Shown here: positions 36,693 through 45,543 of the stretch, in pieces
Numbering within the stretch: position 1 is the stretch's first letter
Layout: each line of letters opens with the position of its first letter
Assembly (NCBI GenBank): GCA_949282205.1
Contig: CASDOS010000047.1
Span: 21,925 to 85,924 of the forward strand
Length of the DNA stretch: 64,000 nt
Direction of reading: 5' to 3'
DNA from: an uncultured Alphaproteobacteria bacterium
GTDB lineage: Bacteria; Pseudomonadota; Alphaproteobacteria; RF32; CAG-239
Program-made: the position numbers and the translations under genes
Notes under the pieces: generated by a model
The model's input: only the letters and a program-made list of their open reading frames with translations
The model's database searches: none
Told to the model about the DNA's origin: nothing

Positions 36693-37856
36693 ATGGATGA
36701 ACAAAGTAAAAATTACTTGCCCGAAAAGTTAGAAAACGATTTTGATGAGTTTTATCGGGCGACGCTTTTACAAGATTTTATGTTTTTGGAACCGCAACGC
36801 AAAAAATATTTACAACAGTTTTTTATAATGTTGGCTATATTTTGTTTTGGCGTGTTTGTTGCATGGCAATTTTTGCTTATCGTTATTCGTTTTTGCGATG
36901 ATGGCATGCATTCCTCGGTATTTAATCTGTGGTTCGGATTTGTGGTGGGACTGTTTTTATTTGCGGCTTTTATGTTGCCGAAACCTGCAAAAAAATATAA
37001 ACGTGATACAAAAAAAATGGTGATGCCCAAAATTACCGCCTTTTTTAAAAATATGACTTATCAGAGCGAAAACGGTGGGGTTAGTGCGAGTGTGATTAGA
37101 GAATCCGATTTGTTTGAGGGGATGGAAAACGTTTATTATGATGATACGTTTCGCGGTTCTCGTAAAGGTACGAAATTTCAACTGGGCGAACAGCGCGTTA
37201 CCACTTATGTTCAGACTAAAAACGGACGTAGAGAAGTAACTATGTTTAAAGGGATTTTTTTGCTTTTTGAACTCGGAAAAAAATTTAAGGGGCAAACCGT
37301 TGTTAAAGATAAAAAAGGGCAATGGCTGACGTTTTTCTTTTTATTCTTGGGGGGAACGTTTTTACTGCTGCTGATGGTGATGAATGTTAAAGCATTCTTT
37401 ACCGATGGCTATGTGAATTGGGATTTTTTACTTTGGTCGCTTACGGTTATCGGTGCATTCCTTTACGGTATTTTCAAAAATAAATATAAAAAGGTAAATC
37501 TGGAAGATGTCGTTTTTGCTAAAAATTGGAAGGTTAAAGCAACAGACCAAGTTGAGGCGCGATACGTTTTAACGCCGGCGTTGATGGAACGTATGCTCAA
37601 AATCAAAAAAATGTTTTATGGCAAAAGTGTGCATTTTGCTTTTTTTAATAATAAAGTTTTGATTGCGGTGGGAACAAACAAGGATATGTTTGAAACTACT
37701 TCTCTCTTTACTTCGGCTCTTGATTATAAAAAAGTGCGGGAAGTGATTGCACAATTTTATAGTGTTTTTGCCATTATTGATGAAATGAAACAAAAAGAAT
37801 TAGATGCGAATATCGGGCGTCGTAAGAAGTCTGACACAGTTGCTGAAAATGCGTAA
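36693..37856 (+). CDS. Membrane protein, probably DUF3137 family (paralog 1)
   Basis: 2+2 TM topology; YYDDTFRGS.KGTKF; VEARYVLTPALMERML; FAFFNNKVLIAV. Confidence 0.6.
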   Translation: MDEQSKNYLPEKLENDFDEFYRATLLQDFMFLEPQRKKYLQQFFIMLAIFCFGVFVAWQFLLIVIRFCDDGMHSSVFNLWFGFVVGLFLFAAFMLPKPAKKYKRDTKKMVMPKITAFFKNMTYQSENGGVSASVIRESDLFEGMENVYYDDTFRGSRKGTKFQLGEQRVTTYVQTKNGRREVTMFKGIFLLFELGKKFKGQTVVKDKKGQWLTFFFLFLGGTFLLLLMVMNVKAFFTDGYVNWDFLLWSLTVIGAFLYGIFKNKYKKVNLEDVVFAKNWKVKATDQVEARYVLTPALMERMLKIKKMFYGKSVHFAFFNNKVLIAVGTNKDMFETTSLFTSALDYKKVREVIAQFYSVFAIIDEMKQKELDANIGRRKKSDTVAENA

Positions 37857-37867
37857 GGGGATATTTG

Positions 37868-39085
37868 ATGAGTGAAAAACAGTGGCTATCACTACCACAG
37901 CATGAAGTAAGAAAGTTTTATGATTTTTATCATCTGAAAATTAAACCGGATTTGCATGAAATCAAACCGTTGCGTGATAAATATTTGAAAGATTTTTTTA
38001 CGACGATAATCGGTAGTGTTATCGGGGGTGTTTTATTTACAATCTTGATTCTTATCAATCCGGATTATGAGGCTGAAAAGGATAAGTTTGTTGCTCTTGG
38101 TTGTGTGATGTATTTTTATATCGTGTTTGTGATTTTTATTGCGTTGCAGCCATTGGGGCAATATGCTAAAGCGGTTAAACCGTTTATGCTCAAAAAAATT
38201 CTTGGCTTTTTTGGTGATGTGCAATTGGTGGAAAAAAATCAACCGATTGAGATTAACAAAGCATTGTTAGAACGGAGTGAATTGTTTTCTTCGGTTACTA
38301 ATACTCAACCTGATGACAGCTTTGTTTGTTCTTATAAAGGTTCAAAATTTTGGGTTTCTGAGCAAAAGGTTTATGGAAATAAAGCTACATTTGAGGCGGT
38401 GAAGCAGACTCATTTATCGGCGTTGTTTGTTTTGTTTGAAACGGAAAAGTCTTTTGCAGGTAAAGTACGCATGTTTGATAAGCAAAAAACACTTCGGACT
38501 AAGTTTGATTTTACGGTGTGGGCGTTATTTGGCGGAATGTATGTTTTTGTAGCTATTTGGAGCGCATTGTTGAATGGTTCCTGGAATCGAGTTATTCTGG
38601 ATTTGTTTGTTTTTGCGGTGTTGGTTTTTTTAGGTTATAATGTTTATTATACGTTTTTTAAAAGGGTACACTTGGAAGATGTGCTTTTTTCTAAACAATG
38701 GAGAGTTGACGCTACGGATCAAATTGAAGCTCGCTGTATCTTAACTCCGGCTTTGATGGAGAGAATGTTGCAGGTTAAACGTATATTTAGCGGGGCGAGG
38801 ATTAATTTTGCGTTTTTTGATAACAAGGTTTTAATGATGTTGGAAGCAGCGCAAGATTTTTTTGAAACATCATCGCTCTTATCTCCGCAAAAGGATTTTA
38901 AGAAAAGTCTTGAGACCATGGAACAGCTGTATAGCATTTATATGATGATGGATGTGTTGCAAAACGCTCATAAAACAGAAGAAGAAAATGTTGATGATGA
39001 TACTCAGAATAATCAAAGAACAAAGCCTTGGTTGAGAGAACAAGAAGAAACCGATGAGGTAAAATTTTATTCTTACACAAAATAA
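37868..39085 (+). CDS. Membrane protein, probably DUF3137 family (paralog 2)
   Basis: Same topology and blocks as paralog 1 (IEARCILTPALMERML, FAFFDNKVLMML), with an acidic C-terminal tail. Confidence 0.6.
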   Translation: MSEKQWLSLPQHEVRKFYDFYHLKIKPDLHEIKPLRDKYLKDFFTTIIGSVIGGVLFTILILINPDYEAEKDKFVALGCVMYFYIVFVIFIALQPLGQYAKAVKPFMLKKILGFFGDVQLVEKNQPIEINKALLERSELFSSVTNTQPDDSFVCSYKGSKFWVSEQKVYGNKATFEAVKQTHLSALFVLFETEKSFAGKVRMFDKQKTLRTKFDFTVWALFGGMYVFVAIWSALLNGSWNRVILDLFVFAVLVFLGYNVYYTFFKRVHLEDVLFSKQWRVDATDQIEARCILTPALMERMLQVKRIFSGARINFAFFDNKVLMMLEAAQDFFETSSLLSPQKDFKKSLETMEQLYSIYMMMDVLQNAHKTEEENVDDDTQNNQRTKPWLREQEETDEVKFYSYTK

Positions 39086-39195
39086 TACTTGACTTAGAGT
39101 GAACTCTAAATGTTACACTTCTTCGCAGAATCGTTTATGGCTTCGTCTGTTTTATTCGGGCGGGGGAGCCGATTTTGATATAACTTGATTTTTTT

Positions 39196-40959
39196 ATGAG
39201 GGAAATGATGACTTTGTTAGATATGGTACATTCTCCGGCTGATGTTAAAAAAATGTCGGTGCAACAGCTTAATGATTTGGCGCAAGAAATTCGTCAGGGA
39301 ATCTTGAAACGCGACAGTCTTATCGGCGGTCATGTCGGACCGAATTTGGGATTTGTCGAGGCAACGCTTGCGCTTCATTATGTGTTTAATTCACCAGTTG
39401 ATAAAATCGTTTTTGACGTGTCGCACCAATGCTATGCGCATAAAATGATTACGGGGCGGTATAACGGTTTCTTTAATCCCGACGATTATGATAAAATTAC
39501 CGGCTATACCAATCCGCATGAAAGCGAACACGACCATTTTGTTATCGGGCATACCTCTACTTCTGTCAGCTTGGCTTCCGGTTTGGCTAAGGCGCGTGAT
39601 TTGAAAGGTGAAAAACATAATGTGATTGCCGTTATCGGTGATGGCTCTCTTTCCGGGGGAGAGGCTTTGGAAGGACTCGATTTTGCCGCTTCTGAACTCG
39701 GTTCTAACTTTATTGTGGTGGTTAACGACAACCAGATGTCTATCGCTGAAAATCATGGCGGACTTTATAATAACTTGAAACTTTTACGCGAAACCAACGG
39801 TCAGGCCGAAATAAACTTCTTTGAAGCCTTGGGTTATGATTATATCTATGTTAATGACGGAAATGATGTTGAAAAATTAATTGCCGCTTTTCAATCTGTG
39901 AAAGATACAAACAAGCCGGTTGTGGTTCATCTGAACACTCTTAAGGGTAAAGGCTACAAGTTGGCGGAAACTTATAAAGAACCATGGCATTGGAGCGTGC
40001 CGTTTGATATTGAAAGCGGTGATAAAACCGTGGATTTCGGCGAAGGGGAAAGTCTTGACGATTTGACTTACAACTTTCTCAACGATAAAATTAAAAGGGG
40101 CGAAAAGGTTGCGGTTGTGGTTGCCGGTACTCCAGGTGTGTTCGGCTTTAATCCGCAACGTCGTCAAGAATTGGGTGCTCACTACATCGATGTCGGTATT
40201 GCCGAAGAACACGCCGTGGCGATGTCTTCCGCTTTGGCTAAAGGCGGTTGCTGTCCGGTCTTTTGTGTGCACAGTTCTTTCTTGCAGAGAACGTATGACC
40301 AACTTTCGCAAGATTTGGCTTTAAACAGAAATCCGGCAGTTATTTTGGTTTATTGGTCAGGTTTATCCAGCGCAGATGCAACTCACTTGGGTTGTTTTGA
40401 TATGGCTATGGCTTCTAATATTCCGAATATTACTTTCTTAACACCGGCAACTAAAGAAGAATATATGGCTATGCTTGATTGGTCTATGACACAAAAAGAC
40501 GGGCCGGTAATGATTAGAGTGCCGAATGCGGTTGTTTATGGTGGTGAAGTTGCACCTCGTGCCGATGAAGTTAAGGCGATGGCTTTTGCGCAAAAGGGTG
40601 AAAAAGTTGCACTTCTCGCTGTGGGCGAAATGCTGGGCTTGGCTAAGCAAACAGCGGAAACATTGATGAATTTTCATGTTGATGCCACTTTAGCTACCGT
40701 GCGTTGCGTTTCTGAATTGGATACGGCGGCTCTTGAAAGCCTTAAAGATAAACATAAAGTTGTTATCACGCTTGAGGGTGGGGTTGTTAACGGCGGTTTT
40801 GGCGAAAAAATCGCACGCTATTTCGGAAATTCCGAACTTAAAGTTTTGAACTACGGCGCTAAAAAGGAATTTACCGACAGATTGCCGTTAGATGTGCTTT
40901 ATCGCGAAAATCGCTTGTTACCGCAAATGATTGCCGAAGATGCTCTCAAGCTGCTCTAG
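39196..40959 (+). CDS. dxs: 1-deoxy-D-xylulose-5-phosphate synthase family enzyme (short, divergent; 587 aa)
   Basis: LALHYVFNSPVDKIVFDVSHQCYAHKMITGR; GHTSTSVSLASGLA; ThDP motif GDGSLSGGEALEGLD...NDN; transketolase Pyr and C-terminal domains. Confidence 0.75.
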   Translation: MREMMTLLDMVHSPADVKKMSVQQLNDLAQEIRQGILKRDSLIGGHVGPNLGFVEATLALHYVFNSPVDKIVFDVSHQCYAHKMITGRYNGFFNPDDYDKITGYTNPHESEHDHFVIGHTSTSVSLASGLAKARDLKGEKHNVIAVIGDGSLSGGEALEGLDFAASELGSNFIVVVNDNQMSIAENHGGLYNNLKLLRETNGQAEINFFEALGYDYIYVNDGNDVEKLIAAFQSVKDTNKPVVVHLNTLKGKGYKLAETYKEPWHWSVPFDIESGDKTVDFGEGESLDDLTYNFLNDKIKRGEKVAVVVAGTPGVFGFNPQRRQELGAHYIDVGIAEEHAVAMSSALAKGGCCPVFCVHSSFLQRTYDQLSQDLALNRNPAVILVYWSGLSSADATHLGCFDMAMASNIPNITFLTPATKEEYMAMLDWSMTQKDGPVMIRVPNAVVYGGEVAPRADEVKAMAFAQKGEKVALLAVGEMLGLAKQTAETLMNFHVDATLATVRCVSELDTAALESLKDKHKVVITLEGGVVNGGFGEKIARYFGNSELKVLNYGAKKEFTDRLPLDVLYRENRLLPQMIAEDALKLL

Positions 40960-40982
40960 TTAAGCGCAAATTTGTTTCTTCT

Positions 40983-41014
40983 AGCTCCGTTACTTTTATG
41001 TGCGGAGCTTTTTT
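40983..41014 (+). terminator. Intrinsic terminator of the dxs-like gene
   Basis: agctccg / cggagct stem followed by T6, which merges into the palindrome. Confidence 0.75.
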
Positions 41015-41055
41015 GTACAAAAAAAGTTGACAGAAGTCGTGAAATGGTGTATGTT
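41009..41055 (+). promoter_or_regulatory. Palindrome TTTTTTGTACAAAAAA plus a sigma70-like promoter (TTGACA-N17-TATGTT)
   Basis: The third instance of the palindrome-promoter architecture. Confidence 0.55.
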
Positions 41056-41100
41056 ATATGTTGCTAAATTAATTATTTTAATAACTTAAATTTATTTTTT

Positions 41101-42837
41101 ATGGATTACATTATTTTTTCTTTGGTTTTAACCGCATTATTTGCGGCTATCAGTTATCGTAAATCAGTATCTATCTGGAACAATCTGTTATGGATTGTTG
41201 CCGTGATGTTGGTACTTATGGTGATTAACTTCTTCGGTTTGCCGGTCTTGGCTCCTTGGGGATTTCACGGAGTTTGGATAGAGGCTTTTCTAGTTTCTAT
41301 CTTGGGCACTGTGGTCTACTTTTCTAAATATGAGCTAAATCGTATAAAGTTAGACTTCTGGCGTTTTATTCCGGCGCTCATTGCTGTTATTGCGGCGTTT
41401 GTCTGCTTCTTCCAATCTGCGGAATGCTTTCATGCGTCGTCGTATTATCAGCGTTTGAAGGTTACCGAGGTGGCGGATACTGCTGTACATCGGGATTTTA
41501 ATGCCGTTGTTTCTCCTATTTCCGTATCTAAGATGATTTCAGTGGATGCGGCTTTGGCTCGTAAAGTTGCTGAAGATAAATTGGGCGAAAATATCGGTTT
41601 AGGTTCCAAAGTTGAGGTCGGTAATATGACTATTCAGAGTATTACCGGTTCGTTTACCATCAATAATGGTAAAAAACTGAACTTTGATAACGATGTTATC
41701 TGGGTTGCTCCTTTGGAGCATCGTTCTTTCCGTAAATGGTTGTTGAACGACGTAACCCCTGGGTATCTGATTGTCGATGCAACGGATGCAACCAAACGTT
41801 ATCTCGTAACAGAAGTGAACGGTAAGCCGTTGCAGATTAAGTATTTGGAAAGCGGTTGTTTTGATGATGATATTGAAAGACATATCAAAATGAATGGCTT
41901 TGTATCTAAAGGACTTAATGACCATTGCTTTGAGATTGACAGTGTGGGTAGACCTTATTGGGTGCTTTCGACTTATGTTAATACTATAGGCTTTGGCGGT
42001 GAGGAATCTGATGGTGTGATTACCGTTGATGCGCAAACTGGTGAGCTTAATGCTTATAGCATTGATGAGGCTCCAAGTTGGGTGGATAGAATTCAACCAC
42101 AGGATTTTGTGGAAGATCAAATCCGCTGTTGGGGCGAGTATAAAAAGGGGTGGAGAAACTCTTTTATGGCTCAAGACAGCGTTCGTATTCCAACTCCGGG
42201 TACAACTCTTGTCTATTCTCAAGGACGAAGCTATTGGTATACCGGTATTCAATCTGCCGGTTCCGATAATGGTACTAACGGGTTTATGCTCGTTGATACC
42301 CGTACAAAAGAAGCCAAGTACTATCACGCTATCGGTGTCAACGAAAGCGAAGCGATGCGCATTGCTGAAGACCAACCGTTTGCGAAAACGGCACAATATA
42401 CGGCTAACTTTCCGGTGCTGTATAACGTGCGTGGTATTCCGACCTATTTTATGATCATGAAAGGTAGTTCAGGTAATGTGGTCGGTTATTGCTTTTTGGC
42501 GATGAATAATCGTCAGGCCGTCGGATGCGGGGCTTCTAAGCAAGATGCTCAAAACGCATATCTCAGAATGCTTAGAAAAACTCAATCCGATACCATTAAA
42601 GACGGTGCGGTAGAGCGTGAAACTAAATCTTACGTCGTTCGTGGAATCGTGCAGGAGAATAATCTTTATTATATCTTGTTTGAGGAAGAACGAGGTGTGG
42701 AATTTACCGGAAGTACCGAATTCTTTCCCGAACTGAAATGGACGAATGTCGGCGATACGGTCAATGTTTCGTTCGGACGCGGCGAAAGCAAGGTTATCCC
42801 ACTTGATTTCTTTGATAACGTTAACTTTGAAATCTAA
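41101..42837 (+). CDS. Membrane-anchored protein of unknown function (578 aa: 4 N-terminal TM helices plus a large extracytoplasmic domain)
   Basis: Hydrophobic N-terminal ~110 aa followed by a soluble domain (GVITVDAQTGELNAY, GFMLVDTRTKEAKYY). No SD. Confidence 0.75.
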   Translation: MDYIIFSLVLTALFAAISYRKSVSIWNNLLWIVAVMLVLMVINFFGLPVLAPWGFHGVWIEAFLVSILGTVVYFSKYELNRIKLDFWRFIPALIAVIAAFVCFFQSAECFHASSYYQRLKVTEVADTAVHRDFNAVVSPISVSKMISVDAALARKVAEDKLGENIGLGSKVEVGNMTIQSITGSFTINNGKKLNFDNDVIWVAPLEHRSFRKWLLNDVTPGYLIVDATDATKRYLVTEVNGKPLQIKYLESGCFDDDIERHIKMNGFVSKGLNDHCFEIDSVGRPYWVLSTYVNTIGFGGEESDGVITVDAQTGELNAYSIDEAPSWVDRIQPQDFVEDQIRCWGEYKKGWRNSFMAQDSVRIPTPGTTLVYSQGRSYWYTGIQSAGSDNGTNGFMLVDTRTKEAKYYHAIGVNESEAMRIAEDQPFAKTAQYTANFPVLYNVRGIPTYFMIMKGSSGNVVGYCFLAMNNRQAVGCGASKQDAQNAYLRMLRKTQSDTIKDGAVERETKSYVVRGIVQENNLYYILFEEERGVEFTGSTEFFPELKWTNVGDTVNVSFGRGESKVIPLDFFDNVNFEI

Positions 42838-42968
42838 CGATGTCAGAGCGGAATTAAAAAGAGTCAAGCCTTTTACGGCTTGGCTCTTTTTTGTTGCGGA
42901 TTTATGTTTGACTTTTGAGCAATATGACTTATTATTTAAGAAGTGTGTTTTTTGAGGAGATTACGCTG

Positions 42969-43601
42969 ATGAACCTGATATGTTATGGCTTATCTTTTCT
43001 AACTTTCTTGGCGGTCTTATGCGGTTTTTATGCTAATTGTTGGGCTAAACGTGATTTTTTTGTACGCCACGAAATTCAATGTGAACAACTTGATAACCAG
43101 TGTAGCGAAGTTAAAACCGGTGCTCCCCTGAACGGTATGGTTAAAGCCTATTTTCCTTCAGGAAAAGTACAGGCTGAGGTGAATTACGTCAATGGCGTGC
43201 GGGACGGTAAGTATAAAATCTATTATGAAAGTGGAGCGCTGCGTTCCGCCGGTGTCTATCTTAACGGTAATGCTAACGGGAGCTTGACTTCTTATTACGA
43301 AGACGGGACTCTTGAAACCGAAACGCAAGTTTCCGACGGGGTATGGAATGGGGTCCGGCGCACTTATTATCAGGATGGAACAATCCAATCGGAAGAAGAA
43401 TTTACTCAAGGTAAGAAAAATGGTGTGCAGCAATTTTATTATCATGACGGCAAACCTTCGGTGCGTATTGTCTATAATATGGGAAATCCTATTTCCGGTT
43501 ATTGTTTAACTCCTCGCGGGCAGAGGATGGATTTTACCGCGACAATGGAAGAGTTTAAAACCACCGGTAAAACACCTTGTGATAAAGCGGCGGTTGAATA
43601 A
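42969..43601 (+). CDS. MORN-variant repeat protein (YwqK-like), membrane anchored
   Basis: GAGGAG SD 9 nt before the ATG at 42969. TM anchor followed by repeats (G..K.YY.SG....E..Y.NG..dG). Confidence 0.75.
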   Translation: MNLICYGLSFLTFLAVLCGFYANCWAKRDFFVRHEIQCEQLDNQCSEVKTGAPLNGMVKAYFPSGKVQAEVNYVNGVRDGKYKIYYESGALRSAGVYLNGNANGSLTSYYEDGTLETETQVSDGVWNGVRRTYYQDGTIQSEEEFTQGKKNGVQQFYYHDGKPSVRIVYNMGNPISGYCLTPRGQRMDFTATMEEFKTTGKTPCDKAAVE

Positions 43602-43685
43602 TCTTTTAGCACTGCTTTAGCAAGGCTTGAGTGGCGGGAATTCTTCTCCCATAAAATGTTCTTTATTTATTAAGCAAATAGGTAT

Positions 43686-43713
43686 AAAAAAATCTCCTTA
43701 TTAAAAGGGGATT
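43686..43713 (-). terminator. Intrinsic terminator of tmk
   Basis: aatctcc / ggggatt stem with an A7 run on the plus strand. Confidence 0.7.
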
Positions 43714-43717
43714 TGGG

Positions 43718-44377
43718 TTATTTATTTATGCGATGGTTATAAGCCTCAATAATCTTTTCGGTTACTTCATCAATGGAGCCGGAAGCATCTATTACGATAA
43801 AGCGCTCCGGCTCTTGTCGGGCTAATTCCAAATAACCCTTACGCAGGCGTTCGTGAAACCCTATGTCCACATTTTCAAAGCGCAATTCTTTATTAATCAT
43901 CGTTTGCGCTTTCTTAAAACTTCGTTCAAGTCCCGCTTTGACATCTATATCCAACAAAAATGTAATGTCCGGCTTGAAGTCTTTGGCGACGATTTGATAC
44001 AGATTGTCCATTATCTTGCGGTCGGCGAATTTGTTTGAGCCATAGTATTGGTACGCTATCGTCGAATCGTTGAACCTATCTGATAAAACGATTTTGCCTT
44101 CTTCCATTGCCGGACGGATTACTTTGGTCAAATCTATGCGTCTGTCGGCATAAAACAGCAGAATTTCGGTGATTTCATCAAACTTGTCTTTGTCGCCTTC
44201 TACCAATAGGCGACGTATCTCTTTGCCGATTTCCGTGCCTCCCGGTTCCCGCGTGGTGATAACTTCTTGACCTTGCTCGCGCAGATATGCGGCGAAACGG
44301 CTGATTTGCGCGGATTTGCCGGCGCCTTCTCCGCCTTCAAAGGTTATGAACAAACCTTTTGTCTTTGATCTCGTCAT
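43718..44377 (-). CDS. tmk: Thymidylate kinase
   Basis: FITFEGGEGAGKS P-loop and a DRF-type motif (LSDRFNDST). Confidence 0.93.
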   Translation of the reverse strand: MTRSKTKGLFITFEGGEGAGKSAQISRFAAYLREQGQEVITTREPGGTEIGKEIRRLLVEGDKDKFDEITEILLFYADRRIDLTKVIRPAMEEGKIVLSDRFNDSTIAYQYYGSNKFADRKIMDNLYQIVAKDFKPDITFLLDIDVKAGLERSFKKAQTMINKELRFENVDIGFHERLRKGYLELARQEPERFIVIDASGSIDEVTEKIIEAYNHRINK

Positions 44378-44380
44378 CGC

Positions 44381-45529
44381 TTATTGGGCTCCGAAAACAA
44401 AGTATTTTAAGTTTTCTAAAAAGCGGCTGAACGGTCCGATTTTTGCAACGTTCTCTTTGGCTACCAACGGAATTTTATCCACGATTTCATCATTGTAGGT
44501 GATGAATAATTCGCCTATCTTATCGCCTTGTAATATCGGCGCTTTTAACGGTTCATCATATATCATCTTGGCGCCGTATTTGCTCTTGGCGCTCTTTTTT
44601 ATCGTCTTTATTACTTCTTCCGGAACTATCGCCGCAACACTCTTTGAGGTTCCGTACCAAACGGGGACTTCCGCCATTATCTGATTTTTGGTGAAGAATT
44701 TATAGTTGTCAAAATTTGCAAAGCCCCATGTCATTAAACTTTCAGTTTCTTCCGAGCGCTGTTTGTTGCTCTCTAATCCGGTCATTACCTCAATCAAACG
44801 GCGGTCGTTTCTTACGGCTGTTCCGGTTAGGCAGAAACCTGCTTCAGATGTGTGACCCGTCTTTAAGCCGTCCGCACCTTTTAAACTATACAGCAATGGA
44901 TTGCGGTTGCCTTGGCGGATACCGTTAAACGTAAACTCCTTTTCCGAAAACAGATGATAAAATTCCGGAAATTCTTTGATGATATGGCGCGCCAATATCG
45001 CTAAATCTTCAACCGAAATCTTATGTTCGGGGTGAGGTAAACCCGTCGCATTGACGAAATGCGCATTTTCTAATCCCAGCTTTTCCGCTGTTTCATTCAT
45101 CATTGAGGCGAACTCTTCTTCCGAACCGGCTAAATTTTCTGCAACAACAATACACGCATCGTTGCCAGATTGAATTAAAATGCCTTTTAATAAGTCCTCC
45201 ACTTTTACTTCTTGACCGATTTTTAAAAACATCGTCGAACCGCCGGATGCAGCTCCTCCTTTGCGCCATGCGTTTTCACTGACGGTGTATCTGTCATCCA
45301 GAGAAACTTCTCCGTCTTTGATTTTACTCAATAAAACATAAACCGTCATCAGCTTGCTCATTGACGCAGGTGCTATCATCTCTTGATGATTTTTCGTAAA
45401 TAAATACGCTCCCGTTTCGTAATCCATCAAAATCGCATTCTTGGCTTTGGTTTCAAACGCATTCGCTTTTCCGCTCAGTGCCATCATGGAAACGCCTATG
45501 GCTAATATGCATAAACTCCTATATGACAT
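44381..45529 (-). CDS. D-alanyl-D-alanine carboxypeptidase (PBP5/6 class, S11)
   Basis: Signal peptide, SMSKLMT (SxxK), QSGND (SxN), LKTGHT (KTG). Confidence 0.9.
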   Translation of the reverse strand: MSYRSLCILAIGVSMMALSGKANAFETKAKNAILMDYETGAYLFTKNHQEMIAPASMSKLMTVYVLLSKIKDGEVSLDDRYTVSENAWRKGGAASGGSTMFLKIGQEVKVEDLLKGILIQSGNDACIVVAENLAGSEEEFASMMNETAEKLGLENAHFVNATGLPHPEHKISVEDLAILARHIIKEFPEFYHLFSEKEFTFNGIRQGNRNPLLYSLKGADGLKTGHTSEAGFCLTGTAVRNDRRLIEVMTGLESNKQRSEETESLMTWGFANFDNYKFFTKNQIMAEVPVWYGTSKSVAAIVPEEVIKTIKKSAKSKYGAKMIYDEPLKAPILQGDKIGELFITYNDEIVDKIPLVAKENVAKIGPFSRFLENLKYFVFGAQ

Positions 45530-45543
45530 GGTTTATTGTTCTC

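Noticed and set aside
39086-39195. A possible TPP riboswitch upstream of the ThDP-dependent DXS-like gene.
   Set aside because: The conserved CUGAGA / ACCUGA...GCCAGCG-type elements are absent, and the region is only 110 nt long including a promoter-like TTGACT.
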